Of a stretch of DNA of 64,000 bases, positions 1-9,525 are shown in pieces. Origin of the DNA: an uncultured bacterium (GTDB lineage: Bacteria > Krumholzibacteriota > Krumholzibacteriia > Krumholzibacteriales > Krumholzibacteriaceae). Both the position numbers and the translations under genes were made by a program. Numbering within the stretch: position 1 is the stretch's first letter; each line of letters opens with the position of its first letter. The DNA lies in the NCBI GenBank assembly GCA_964422745.1, contig CAYRCK010000011.1:5068-69067 (forward strand). Direction: 5' to 3'. The notes under the pieces are model-generated. The model did no database searches, was not told the DNA's origin, and saw nothing but the letters and a program-made list of their open reading frames with translations.

Positions 1-1791
1 ATCCAGGGAATCCTTATCCTCATCGCACTCACTTTCCGGCTCCGAGTCACTTGGATCTTCCATCTGCTCCGTGCCGGAAAATGCTTCTAATCCATTAAGG
101 CCGTCCTCACATTCATGATCGTTGCTGTCACATCCATCCAGTCCGGAGACAAGCAAATCCTGTATCTTGTCGAAGCGGCGGTTGGCCCCCGCCTCCAGCA
201 ACTCGATCAGCTCATCCCCGGGCTCCATGTCGACCGAATGCCGAACCTTGCAAGGTTCGGTCAAGAAATGATCACCAAAAGCAATGTAGAAATCCATTCC
301 GGTATATCGCTTGTTGATCTTGGATCCTTCGATAATGGCGTCGATCGCACCCTGAAAATCCTCTTCTCTCAGCGATATCATCCCCTTTAGGTAGTGCGCA
401 TCGCTGTGACCGCGGTCGAGGGAAAGGGCGCTTTCCAAATCGAATAGTGCCAGGGTCATACGGTTTAGCTTATAGTTCAGAAGCGCACGTTTTTCATATA
501 GAAGAGCACTTTTCCCCATAAACGCCTCCAGCCGCTGGAGGAGGTTTTCGGCCATCAGGTATTCTTCCTTGAATAATATGCACGTCATGAAGTTGTAATT
601 CAGCTCCATATTGTACAGATGCTTGTTCAAGCCCATCTTGAACATCTTCTCCGCATCCTCGAGAAGACCGACCTGATACAGAAGCACACCGATATTGTTC
701 ATGGCATCGGCATCCGTCGAATTGAGCCGGTAAGCCTGCAGATAACATATAGCGGCCTTTCGCAGGCTCCCCATGCGGTGGTACAGACACCCGCACAACC
801 TGTACGCGTCGGGATTCTCCCTGTTTTCCACCAAGGCCTTATGAAATGTGGACAGCGCCTTGTCATCGTTGTTATCAACCAGATGAACCTTGCCTATCTC
901 GATAAGAACACGGTCCTTGTCGGGCATCTCCTGAAGAGCTTTTCTGAACTCGTTCAAGGCCTCAGCGAGATACCCGCGCTCCCTGTAAGCGGAGCCGAGC
1001 GTAAAGGACGTGCTCTCGAGGCTAGGAATCTCCTTCCCCATTCCTCCACTCCCGTATTTCTCCCTTTCCTCCTCGCGATCGGAGAGCGCCAGGTTGGCCT
1101 CCGAGCTCTGGAACGTGGGATTCAGCCTAGACGCTATACGGCTTTCCTCCAGTGCCTCTTGGAGTTGACCAACATCGCCGTATGCGAAGGACAGGAGAAA
1201 ATGTGATCTCCAGTATTCGGCGTCCAGCTTTATGGCTTTTCTAAGCTCCGAGATCGTCTCCTCGGTCCTACCGAGGTTGTAGTAAATCTCCCCGAGATCG
1301 GTATGAAACACCGCGGATTTGGAGGCGTCCTTACTGACGTATTGGTAGTGCTCGAGCGCTTGCTGATAGAGCCCACGTGCTTTCAACACGCTGCCCAAGT
1401 GCATCCTGGCAAGAAAATGATCCGGCTTCTTCTCCACAATCCCACCAAAGGTCCTTGCAGCTTCCTCGAACCTTCCCATGTTTTGATAACTCACACCCAG
1501 TCTGAGAGCAGCCTCCATGCTTTCGGGATCTTTCTCGACCTCCGTCCTCCACCGGTTCACGTCCGGATCTTCCATCTTTGTTTCCTTGAATAGGAAACGG
1601 AGGTTTTCCCTTGCCAGATCGAATCTGGGATCGATTTTGACGGCTTCCTTGAATTGGGCTATCGCCTCTTCATACATCCCCTTTCTGAAGTACAATACCC
1701 CGAGATTATTCAATGCACCTGGATCGTTGCGATCCACCCTCGATGCAAAACTTTTAAGAACCTTATGATCCCTTTTCTTCAATTCAGCCAT
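1..1791 (-). CDS. TPR-repeat protein, last gene of the che operon (partial: C-terminus runs past the window start)
   Basis: Manual reverse-strand translation from the ATG at 1791 gives an uninterrupted frame to position 1 (MAELKKRDHKVLKSFASRVDRNDPGALNNLGVLYFRKGMYEEAIAQFKEAVKIDP...). TPR-like A/L/Y/G periodicity recurs throughout. The ORF track omits it because the window edge truncates it. The short plus-strand ORFs here (619..1206, 1303..1593 and others) are antisense artefacts. Confidence 0.7.
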   Translation of the reverse strand, partial: MAELKKRDHKVLKSFASRVDRNDPGALNNLGVLYFRKGMYEEAIAQFKEAVKIDPRFDLARENLRFLFKETKMEDPDVNRWRTEVEKDPESMEAALRLGVSYQNMGRFEEAARTFGGIVEKKPDHFLARMHLGSVLKARGLYQQALEHYQYVSKDASKSAVFHTDLGEIYYNLGRTEETISELRKAIKLDAEYWRSHFLLSFAYGDVGQLQEALEESRIASRLNPTFQSSEANLALSDREEEREKYGSGGMGKEIPSLESTSFTLGSAYRERGYLAEALNEFRKALQEMPDKDRVLIEIGKVHLVDNNDDKALSTFHKALVENRENPDAYRLCGCLYHRMGSLRKAAICYLQAYRLNSTDADAMNNIGVLLYQVGLLEDAEKMFKMGLNKHLYNMELNYNFMTCILFKEEYLMAENLLQRLEAFMGKSALLYEKRALLNYKLNRMTLALFDLESALSLDRGHSDAHYLKGMISLREEDFQGAIDAIIEGSKINKRYTGMDFYIAFGDHFLTEPCKVRHSVDMEPGDELIELLEAGANRRFDKIQDLLVSGLDGCDSNDHECEDGLNGLEAFSGTEQMEDPSDSEPESECDEDKDSLD

Positions 1792-1815
1792 ATACGGCCC
1801 TCTCTATCTGTAGGA

Positions 1816-2196
1816 TTAGACGTTCGCGGCCTGGTTGAGCACCTTGGTCACGACCTCGATGACACGAGAAGGATTGAACGGCTTAATCAAAAAATCCTTT
1901 GCTCCTGCATTCAATGCTTCCCTGACCAGAGCCTGCTGGCCGAGCGCACTGCACATGACAATCCTGGCTCCGGAATCCATCGATATTATCTCGCGTACCG
2001 CGTCTATTCCGTTCTTTTCCGGCATGATGATATCCATCGTGACGAGATCCGGCTTGAGCTCCTTGTAACAGTCGACAGCCTTCAATCCGGTATCCGCCTC
2101 TCCTATGACCTCCATACCGTTCTCAACCAGGATCTCGGAGATCATCTTCCTCATGAATATCGCGTCATCGACTACTAGCACATTGCCTTTAATCAC
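1816..2196 (-). CDS. cheY: Chemotaxis response regulator CheY (single REC domain)
   Basis: 126 aa beginning MIKGNVLVVDDAIFMRKMI. The DD pair, the phospho-acceptor Asp in VTMDIIMP, and the conserved Lys near the C-terminus are all present. It sits inside the che operon. Confidence 0.85.
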   Translation of the reverse strand: MIKGNVLVVDDAIFMRKMISEILVENGMEVIGEADTGLKAVDCYKELKPDLVTMDIIMPEKNGIDAVREIISMDSGARIVMCSALGQQALVREALNAGAKDFLIKPFNPSRVIEVVTKVLNQAANV

Positions 2197-2211
2197 AGCT
2201 GCTCCTTTCTT

Positions 2212-2829
2212 TTATTCCACTCCTAATGCATTGAAAATAACCTCGACTGACTCGGTAGTCGGAACGAAGAACAAAAATCCCTTGCATTCATCTCTTGCGA
2301 TCGTAAATGCCGTTTCCAAGACAAGCGCGTAGTCGGATTCGAAACTCAAATCCACGAGTATCGAATCCACGACGGCCCCGAGCATATCGTGCGATAACTG
2401 AGGGACGGAATGCATGAGCGGCTTCTCGACGAACGAGGCAAGGCTGTTGAGATAGCAACCGCACATTATGTTGCCGATCTCCTTGAGGACCGACAGGGAG
2501 TACTCGTCGTCCAGCTGATCGCCGTCCACATTCCTGCCCGTCGCCATCTCGACCATCCTCTTGGCCTCCGGATAGGGAAATATCAAGAACATCATCCCTC
2601 GGAAATCCTCGCTATACCCCTCGATATAGACAACCGACACCATTGATTCCGGTCCGTTGAATAACGTGTAAATGATCTGAAGCGGGATGATATCCACGTT
2701 CGTTATGGATATATCGACCCTTTTGTCAAGCAATTCCGAGAGTCCGGTCACGGCGTGTGCCGAACCGATATTCCCGATTTCCTTTAAAGCGTCAACTCTC
2801 AAGTACGACGGCCTCTTGATTTGATTCAT
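2212..2829 (-). CDS. cheC: CheY-P phosphatase of the CheC family
   Basis: Two copies of the CheC signature are present (ALKEIGNIGSAHAVTGLSELL and LKEIGNIMCGCYLNSLASF). The start is placed at the ATG on minus 2829 (MNQIKRP), which is preceded by AAGGTG. The listed ORF extends to 2922 and would overlap cheA. Confidence 0.7.
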   Translation of the reverse strand: MNQIKRPSYLRVDALKEIGNIGSAHAVTGLSELLDKRVDISITNVDIIPLQIIYTLFNGPESMVSVVYIEGYSEDFRGMMFLIFPYPEAKRMVEMATGRNVDGDQLDDEYSLSVLKEIGNIMCGCYLNSLASFVEKPLMHSVPQLSHDMLGAVVDSILVDLSFESDYALVLETAFTIARDECKGFLFFVPTTESVEVIFNALGVE

Positions 2830-4465
2830 TACCACACCTTCCTTCGAAGAAGATTCTTGGATCCCATATGAAGGCAATGTTCCCACTGCCCAATATTGTC
2901 GCACCCGACACGCCACCGGCACCCCTCACTATCGTTGGAAGACTCTTGATCACGACATCCTGCTGACCGACGATCCTATCCACAACGATCCCCAATGTCC
3001 CCTCGTCGATTTCAACAATGATGATCTTCATGTAACGTGATTCGCCTGAACTTGCGTCGAAATTGAAAACCTCCCATGGCTTCACCACCCTTACCGGACC
3101 ATCCCCTGAAGTGAATACCGTTTTACCACGGACGGTTTTCAGCAATGTTCGGTCTACGCGGACCGTTTCCCTCACATATTCGATCGGGAGCGCGTGAATG
3201 CTATCACCCACGTTGAATATGAGCGCCTTGATTATGGACAGGTTGATCGGCAGTTGCAGAAAAACAGTCGTTCCCTCCCCCTCAGTAGAATCTATTCGCA
3301 TGGAGCCGCCCAGGGAATCCGTCGCTTCCTTGACCACGTTCATCCCAATACCTCTGCCTGAATACCTGCTGATATTCTCTCTGGTGCTGAATCCGGGTGT
3401 CGTGAGTATTCTGCACAGATCCTCCTGCGATAGCTCCGGCTCGGAAATCCCGCCCGGCCCGTCGGGAGCCTCCCTTTTCATCACCTGCTTCAGATCTATT
3501 CCCCTTCCATCGTCCCGGACCTCGATGACGACGAAGTTTCTCTCCCTCTCGGCCTTGAGAACCAGTTTTCCCTCGGCTTTTTTCCCGGCTGCCTCACGCT
3601 CTTCCGGAGATTCAATGCCGTGATCGATGGCGTTTCTTATCAGGTGAATCAAAGGATCAACCATGTTCTCAAGGACGGTCCTGTCGAGCCCTATGTCTGA
3701 GCCTACGATTTCGTAGTTGACCTTCTTTCCGAGTTCTTTCGACACATCCCTGACCAGACGCTTGAATCTTTGAAATACTTGTCCGACCGGAACGAGCCTG
3801 GCCTCCACGACCTCTTTCTGAATATCCGAGATCATCCTCCCGGCAGAAGCAAGCTCTTCTATGAGTGGTTTTGAGTGTAGCTCACGTGCAATGCTCCCCA
3901 GGCGGATATGGCTGATTATCAGCTCGCCTACTATATCCATCAGAACATCCAAACGGTCCAGATCGACCCTGGTCGATTGGACGCTGGAATGATAGTCCCG
4001 TTGCTGTTCTCCGTCAGGAATCGCCTTTTTTTTCATTGATGAACCGATACTGATGGAACCGTCTCCAGATGAGATCTGACGGTTGCAGATCGGAGACAGG
4101 AGCTTCATGATCTCCGAGAGAATGTCCTCTTCCGAATTGCCTATACTGCCGTTCAACACGCACTCTACCAGCTCGCGGATCAGATCACTGGCACGAAGCA
4201 TGATATCCGCCTCACCCGGAGAAACGGTTATCTCTCCCTTTCTGTATCTATCCAGAACATTTTCCAGGGTATGACTCGCCCTCACCACGGATTCGTATCC
4301 CATGGCTCCCGACATGCCCTTCAGATTGTGGGCGTTACGGAACAGCTCATCTATGCAATCCTTCACATCCTCCTCGCTTTCGAGCTTCATCACCCCGTTC
4401 TCCAGGGCCTGGAGGATGTCCCGTGATTCATTCATGTAGAGCGTCTTATAGTCATTAACTTTCAT
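2792..4465 (-). CDS. cheA: Chemotaxis histidine kinase CheA (HPt, dimerisation, HATPase and CheW-like domains; apparently no P2 domain)
   Basis: HPt motif HNLKGMSGAMGY, HATPase motifs (RNAIDHGIE, DDGRGID, GRGIGMNVV) and a C-terminal CheW-like domain. At 557 aa the P1 domain is followed almost directly by P3. Confidence 0.9.
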   Translation of the reverse strand: MKVNDYKTLYMNESRDILQALENGVMKLESEEDVKDCIDELFRNAHNLKGMSGAMGYESVVRASHTLENVLDRYRKGEITVSPGEADIMLRASDLIRELVECVLNGSIGNSEEDILSEIMKLLSPICNRQISSGDGSISIGSSMKKKAIPDGEQQRDYHSSVQSTRVDLDRLDVLMDIVGELIISHIRLGSIARELHSKPLIEELASAGRMISDIQKEVVEARLVPVGQVFQRFKRLVRDVSKELGKKVNYEIVGSDIGLDRTVLENMVDPLIHLIRNAIDHGIESPEEREAAGKKAEGKLVLKAERERNFVVIEVRDDGRGIDLKQVMKREAPDGPGGISEPELSQEDLCRILTTPGFSTRENISRYSGRGIGMNVVKEATDSLGGSMRIDSTEGEGTTVFLQLPINLSIIKALIFNVGDSIHALPIEYVRETVRVDRTLLKTVRGKTVFTSGDGPVRVVKPWEVFNFDASSGESRYMKIIIVEIDEGTLGIVVDRIVGQQDVVIKSLPTIVRGAGGVSGATILGSGNIAFIWDPRIFFEGRCGNESNQEAVVLES

Positions 4466-5549
4466 GCATGTGTTCCGTATGTCTTAATTCCCTGATTTCC
4501 GTAGATATGCTCTCTGCAATCTCATGAAGAGGGACAATCCTGTCGGCATAACCCTCCTCGATAACAGCTCCGGGCATACCGAAGATCATGCTGGTCGCTT
4601 CATCCTGAGCTATGATTCTCCCACCGTACCTACGGATCGCGGCGCAACCGGCCAGCCCATCCTTGCCCATTCCGGTCAGCACAACACCAAGTAATCTCCT
4701 TTTGAATACAGGAGCGAACGATGTCATGGCGAAATCCAGAGAGGGACATGCGGTTTTCAATCGGACATTACGAGGGAGGAACATAACACCCGGCTCCCCG
4801 TCGTGATCGTCGTACAGGAGATGTCCTCCACCGGGCGCCACCAGCACCGTCCCCGGCAGGATCAGGTCGCCCTCTTCCGCTTCACGAACGGTCAGACCGG
4901 ATATACTGTCCAGTCTCTCGGCCAAGTAGCGTGTAAAATCGGGCGGCATGTGCTGTGTTATAATTATGCCGGCCGCAAGATCACCGGGAAGCCGCGGGAT
5001 GATATCCACCAGCGCATGCGGGCCGCCTGTGCTTGCCCCTATGATGACAACACCCGCCAGTTCTTTTGAATGCATCTTGGATCGCTTAATATCGAAATCA
5101 TACTCAGTCGGTGCGAATCTCACCTTGGAAACGTCGACCGCGGCCGCCAGCCTGACCTTGGATATGAGCTCTCCCACCGGAAAGCTCATTCCTTTTCTCG
5201 TCTTTGCCACGAAATCGACCGCTCCATACTCGAGGCTCGTCAGTGCCTCTCGAGCGCCCTCCGATTTATATGCGCTGAGAATGACAACGGGAGTCGGCCA
5301 TTCACTCATTATGTAGCGTAGCGTCTCGACACCGTCCATAAGGGGCATCTCCAGATCAAGTGTCACACAGTCCGGTTTTAATTCGACGATTTTCCTCAAC
5401 ACCTCCCTTCCGTCCTCCGCAGTACCGACGACCTTGATCCCGGGATCGCTTTCCAACGTGTCGATTATCATTCTACGCATGAAGGTCGAATCCTCTCCGA
5501 CAAGTACTTTAATCCTGCTTTTGTTCCTATCCCTGTCATCCTGTCCCAT
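4455..5549 (-). CDS. cheB: Chemotaxis methylesterase/deamidase CheB (REC plus CheB methylesterase domains)
   Basis: N-terminal REC domain (KVLVGEDSTFMRRMI ... VTLDLEMP) and the methylesterase active-site region VVIIGASTGGPHAL. It overlaps the cheA start by 11 nt and the cheD stop by 1 nt. Confidence 0.9.
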   Translation of the reverse strand: MGQDDRDRNKSRIKVLVGEDSTFMRRMIIDTLESDPGIKVVGTAEDGREVLRKIVELKPDCVTLDLEMPLMDGVETLRYIMSEWPTPVVILSAYKSEGAREALTSLEYGAVDFVAKTRKGMSFPVGELISKVRLAAAVDVSKVRFAPTEYDFDIKRSKMHSKELAGVVIIGASTGGPHALVDIIPRLPGDLAAGIIITQHMPPDFTRYLAERLDSISGLTVREAEEGDLILPGTVLVAPGGGHLLYDDHDGEPGVMFLPRNVRLKTACPSLDFAMTSFAPVFKRRLLGVVLTGMGKDGLAGCAAIRRYGGRIIAQDEATSMIFGMPGAVIEEGYADRIVPLHEIAESISTEIRELRHTEHMHES

Positions 5550-6055
5550 TAATAAATCTCCTTATTGCCGTATGCGTCTCTTACCTGAACACTCCCGTCC
5601 GAGACATCGAATACGATGCTTCTTCCCTTGGTTCCACCGACACATTCGGCCACTATCGGAATCCCTTCCCTGCCGAGCTCCAACCTTGCCGCATCGATAT
5701 TGGCGGTGCCTATCTGAACGATGCTCCTGCTGCCGGCAACGTGACTGAACATCCTGGCTCCTCCGAAAATCTTGGCCTCGAGCCTATCCCTCACGCCCCC
5801 CCTACTGAGCATCCTCGACACCATCAACTCGACCGCAGAATCAACAAACTTGGCTCTGTTGCAATTGTTCTTCACCTTGTTTCTCTCCGGGTGCATAACA
5901 TGCGCTAGAGCGCCTATTTTCGATCTCCGATCATATATCACTATCCCCAAACATGATCCCAGGGCCAACGTCATCATCCTCATGGGGGCCATTCCAATCC
6001 TGTACTGGGCCAGTCCAACCTTCACAAGCGGTCCCTTTATGCTGAAGTTAACCAT
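5549..6055 (-). CDS. cheD: Chemoreceptor glutamine deamidase CheD
   Basis: 168 aa with the CheD-family core (MAPMRMMTLALGSCLGIVIYD ... ALAHVMHP). Confidence 0.8.
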   Translation of the reverse strand: MVNFSIKGPLVKVGLAQYRIGMAPMRMMTLALGSCLGIVIYDRRSKIGALAHVMHPERNKVKNNCNRAKFVDSAVELMVSRMLSRGGVRDRLEAKIFGGARMFSHVAGSRSIVQIGTANIDAARLELGREGIPIVAECVGGTKGRSIVFDVSDGSVQVRDAYGNKEIY

Positions 6056-6134
6056 GTGTTGTCCGTCCGGAAACCGCGCCCGTTATCAAATGCCGGCACA
6101 CAGATGGAAGGGATACCGCTCCTTGCAATCGCCT

Positions 6135-6641
6135 CTATCCGGCCGTCTTGCAGTCCGAGGCCAGTTCCTTGATATTTTGCATGCCGTAAACCAGTTTGCC
6201 GGGATCAATACAGACGATCATCCTTCCCGACATCTCGATTATTCCTATTACCGTATCGCCGCAATCATGCTCATCCCGAATATCGGGAGAGGATTTAATA
6301 GAATCCGGCGAGACCCTGACGACCTCCATGACTTGATCCACGATAAATCCAAATCCTCCACCCTCCGAATCCAGGATAATCACGCGCCTCTTTTTAGGTT
6401 CAGTCTCCAGCTCGGTTTCGATCCCCAGGATCTCATGGATTCTTATTACCGGAACGATCTCCCCGCGAAGGTTGATCACACCCTCGAGAGGATTTTCCAT
6501 TCCCGGAACATGGAACGTTTCCATCGGACGAATGATCTCCTTGACCATCCATACCGGAATCCCGTAATTTTCTTCACCGAGCTTGAATGTAACCAGCTGT
6601 ATATCCTGCTTGCGGCTTCCGCCGCCTTTTTCTAAATCCAT
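6135..6641 (-). CDS. cheW: Chemotaxis coupling protein CheW
   Basis: CheW domain (GIPVWMVKEIIRPMETFHVPG...VINLRGEIVPVIRIHEILG). The start is set at the internal Met (MDLEKGGG), preceded by GGAG. The listed ORF reaches 6728 and would overlap the MCP. Confidence 0.8.
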   Translation of the reverse strand: MDLEKGGGSRKQDIQLVTFKLGEENYGIPVWMVKEIIRPMETFHVPGMENPLEGVINLRGEIVPVIRIHEILGIETELETEPKKRRVIILDSEGGGFGFIVDQVMEVVRVSPDSIKSSPDIRDEHDCGDTVIGIIEMSGRMIVCIDPGKLVYGMQNIKELASDCKTAG

Positions 6642-6669
6642 GTTTCTCACTCCAGATCCTTCGCTGCGA

Positions 6670-8346
6670 TCAGATAGTTGTTGCGCCCTCCACCTGGAAA
6701 CCATCAACCGAAGAGAAGCACCTGACATGCTCCCTTAGTTGTATGGCGAGTTCGCTTAGTTTTTGCGCTGAAGACGCTACATCCTCCATACTCGAACTCA
6801 TCTGCTCCATGGATGCGGCGGTTTCCTGTGTGGAAGAGGCGTTCTTGCCGGCGCTGCCCGATATTTCATCGATGGAGCCGATAACGTTATTCATACCTCG
6901 GCTCAGCTCCCTGGTCGCCGCCGAGATGCGCCTGACCATATCGCTGGAACTGTTCAGTACCTGAACGATTTCATCCAGTGAACCTCCGGTTCTGGTGATG
7001 ACTTCCTTACCCTCGGTTACTTCCTTCGAACCCAGCTCGATACTCCTGACCGCTGTATGGGTGTCCTCCTGGGTCTGCTGGATCAACGACGCAATCTCTT
7101 CGGCGGCTTTTGCGCTGCCTTCCGCCAGCTTCCTCACCTCGTCGGCGACGACGGCGAATCCGCTACCCGCTTCACCCGCCCTGGCCGCCTCTATAGCGGC
7201 GTTGAGAGCAAGTAGATTCGTCTGATCCGCTATATCCGTGATCACGTCCACGATCTCACCGATCTGATTGGATCTTTCCCCTAGATGACGTATTATCTCC
7301 GCGGATTCCTTTATGACATTGTAAATCTCGTTGATCTTCTCAACGGCCTCTTTTGCCGAATCCCCGCCCTTAGTTGCAGTTTCCGATGCGTTTGCAGCTG
7401 CGGACGCCGCCAGCTCGGCGCTGTTCACTACCTGTTTCACCGAGCGTTCCATATTCTTGATTTCCCTGGTCATTTCCTCCACCTTTTGCGCCTGCAGATC
7501 CGAGGACTTTGCAATGTTCTGTACAGTGAAGGATGTCTCTTCGGAAATTGAATTTACTTCCTCGGTGGAGGCTGAAAGCCCCTGTGCAGACATATTGACC
7601 TTGTCGGACGTGTCACGGATCAATCTGATGATCGAGTTGATATTATTGAATATTTCGTTAAGCTTCGAGGCCAGTTCCCCCAGCTCGTCGTCGGAATTTA
7701 TCTCTATCCTCTCACTGAATTCTCCCGCATTCATAGCCAGGGCCGTGCTTTTGCCGATTATCCTGCGCAGCGGTTTTTTAACCACAAAATATATAATTGA
7801 GCTGTATATCAAGCAGAGAACCGTCATGCTGATAGCCACCGCCATAAACACGGATAAACGCATGCTCGAATGCATTTCTTTCTCAATGCCATCTTCAAAC
7901 GATATCCTTACCTTCTTTTGACCGCTCGTTCCGAGCGGGAACACGGCCTCGAGATGCTCCTTCTCCGGTACCGCGCGATTGCCTCCAGTTGCGTCCACCA
8001 GGGCTGCATCGGTGGGCATTAGATCCGCGGATACCAGAACGTTGCCGGAAGAGTCCAGGATTTCTATTCCCCCTATACAGGGATAGATATTTTTGAGCTT
8101 CTCCGTCGTTTTCAGAAGTTCCTCCTGGCTTTCATCACCCCCGACCGAGGACAACGCCGAAGATATCGACGCAGCCATAAGACTGCTCCTTCTCTTCTGC
8201 GCTTCCGTTACATTCTTGTCTGCAATTCTTTCGATTGCAAAAGTGACGAAAAGGCAGAGAATCAAACCAACCGTCATCGTTGCATAAATGATCCTGCTGT
8301 TTATGGATCTTCCTATTTTGAAGAAACTCATTCTAGACCTCCTCAA
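6670..8346 (-). CDS. Methyl-accepting chemotaxis protein (two transmembrane segments, periplasmic sensor, HAMP and MCP signalling domains)
   Basis: N-terminal TM segment, a sensor of about 150 aa, a second TM segment and HAMP. The highly conserved MCP hairpin motif [33 protein letters not shown] is present. Confidence 0.85.
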   Translation of the reverse strand: MRRSRMSFFKIGRSINSRIIYATMTVGLILCLFVTFAIERIADKNVTEAQKRRSSLMAASISSALSSVGGDESQEELLKTTEKLKNIYPCIGGIEILDSSGNVLVSADLMPTDAALVDATGGNRAVPEKEHLEAVFPLGTSGQKKVRISFEDGIEKEMHSSMRLSVFMAVAISMTVLCLIYSSIIYFVVKKPLRRIIGKSTALAMNAGEFSERIEINSDDELGELASKLNEIFNNINSIIRLIRDTSDKVNMSAQGLSASTEEVNSISEETSFTVQNIAKSSDLQAQKVEEMTREIKNMERSVKQVVNSAELAASAAANASETATKGGDSAKEAVEKINEIYNVIKESAEIIRHLGERSNQIGEIVDVITDIADQTNLLALNAAIEAARAGEAGSGFAVVADEVRKLAEGSAKAAEEIASLIQQTQEDTHTAVRSIELGSKEVTEGKEVITRTGGSLDEIVQVLNSSSDMVRRISAATRELSRGMNNVIGSIDEISGSAGKNASSTQETAASMEQMSSSMEDVASSAQKLSELAIQLREHVRCFSSVDGFQVEGATTI

Positions 8347-9181
8347 AGCGAATCGGATTTAACCTCTTCCTGTAGATCTTGCTGCGGGGAACGACCAGCT
8401 CGAATATTTCCATCCCTTTGCTCGTTACCGCTTCACACTTGCCCAAGATAAGAATCCCTCTTTCATTCAACGAAGCACCGAAATTGCCGATCACATCATC
8501 GCGCACGGAATGGTTGAAATGTATGAGCACATTCCGGCAAACGACCAGATCCAGCATCGTGAAAGGTGATTTTGAAAACAGATCGTGCACAATGAATTTC
8601 ACATTGCGCCTGATCCTATCGGAGATCCGGTAACCATCACTGCAGGTTTGAAAGTAGCGCGGCCTAAGGATATGAGGTGGCACATACTTCACCTTGCTTT
8701 CGCTGTAAATTCCCGCCCTGGCAACAGAGCAGGAATCCTCCGATACATCGGTGCCGAAAACCTCTATTCCCAATGGAAGCGTTTCTTTTTGTATTAGATG
8801 ATCCAGAAGAATCGCTATGCTGTATGCCTCTTCGCCCGTGGAGCACCCGGCGCTCCAGACCCTGATAGTATTATAACCCGACATCCGTTTTCTCTCGACC
8901 AATCCGGGGAATACTTTCTTGGTTATGGCTTCGAAGACATCACTATCGCGGAAAAACTCCGTAACGTGTATCGTCACGGTATCGAGCAGCTCATCTATCT
9001 CCCCGGGAGCCTCTCTGAGCCTGTCTAAATAATCATCGAGGTTACGGCAGGACAGTTGCGCCATTCTGTGCCATACCCTTCGTCTCAAGCATGAACAACG
9101 GTATTTGGAAAAATCGATTCCATGCCTCGTGCGCACGAATTCGATCAATTCACCTATGTCCAGAACGTTGCTCGATACCAT
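8333..9181 (-). CDS. cheR: Chemotaxis protein methyltransferase CheR
   Basis: CheR N-terminal helical domain and SAM-methyltransferase core ([21 protein letters not shown]). It is the first gene of the minus-strand che operon. Confidence 0.85.
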   Translation of the reverse strand: MVSSNVLDIGELIEFVRTRHGIDFSKYRCSCLRRRVWHRMAQLSCRNLDDYLDRLREAPGEIDELLDTVTIHVTEFFRDSDVFEAITKKVFPGLVERKRMSGYNTIRVWSAGCSTGEEAYSIAILLDHLIQKETLPLGIEVFGTDVSEDSCSVARAGIYSESKVKYVPPHILRPRYFQTCSDGYRISDRIRRNVKFIVHDLFSKSPFTMLDLVVCRNVLIHFNHSVRDDVIGNFGASLNERGILILGKCEAVTSKGMEIFELVVPRSKIYRKRLNPIRFEEV

Positions 9182-9254
9182 TAGTGCCCCGGAGTTATTG
9201 AATCACCCGACCGCTTCTTCCCCCGTTACGCAATATCGCGATCAATCAAACAGC

Positions 9255-9281
9255 TAAAGTTTTTTATCAATTAACCGATAA
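9255..9281 (+). promoter_or_regulatory. Sigma-28 (FliA/SigD)-like promoter, TAAA-N15-aCCGATAA, reading toward the PhzF-family gene
   Basis: Read directly from the sequence: cTAAAGTTTtttatcaattaaCCGATAAg. This matches TAAA-N15-GCCGATAT at 7 of 8 positions in the -10 element with the correct spacer. Confidence 0.3.
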
Positions 9282-9311
9282 GAATCGGGGGATTGTATTG
9301 GGAATCGAATT

Positions 9312-9327
9312 TGCAAATGGCATACCA
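9312..9327 (-). promoter_or_regulatory. Sigma-54-like -24/-12 element (TGGTATGCCATTTGCA) upstream of cheR
   Basis: The minus strand reads TGGtatgccatTTGCA with GG-N10-GC spacing, matching TGGCAC-N5-TTGCW. It lies about 130 nt upstream of the cheR ATG. Confidence 0.25.
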
Positions 9328-9525
9328 TTAAAGCACCTAGCTTCAATTATAGATAAATCATCGGGCGTCCCTGGTATTGTGATAACTAACTTAATTAAAG
9401 ATAGTTGCTTGTGAGGAACCAGAAATCGAAAGACCGAATAGGGAAGGATTGGGAAGTATAGAGATAATCAAGTAATTATGCACCGCTATATTGCTTTTTG
9501 CAATCGAGGTGCCGTGGAGGATGAC

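Noticed and set aside
115-1768. Plus-strand ORFs 115..390, 619..1206, 1303..1593, 1517..1768, 1654..2178 and minus-strand ORFs 494..796, 1331..1552
   Set aside because: All lie inside or antisense to the long minus-strand TPR gene (1..1791), whose frame I translated end to end without a stop. They have no ribosome-binding sites and odd composition.
5772-8287. Plus-strand ORFs 5772..6635 (287 aa), 6743..6964, 6995..7225, 7285..7551, 7331..7921 and 8093..8287
   Set aside because: They are antisense to cheD, cheW and the MCP, whose products have unambiguous family motifs. Their Ser/Ala/Leu-rich low-complexity translations are typical of GC-skewed antisense frames.
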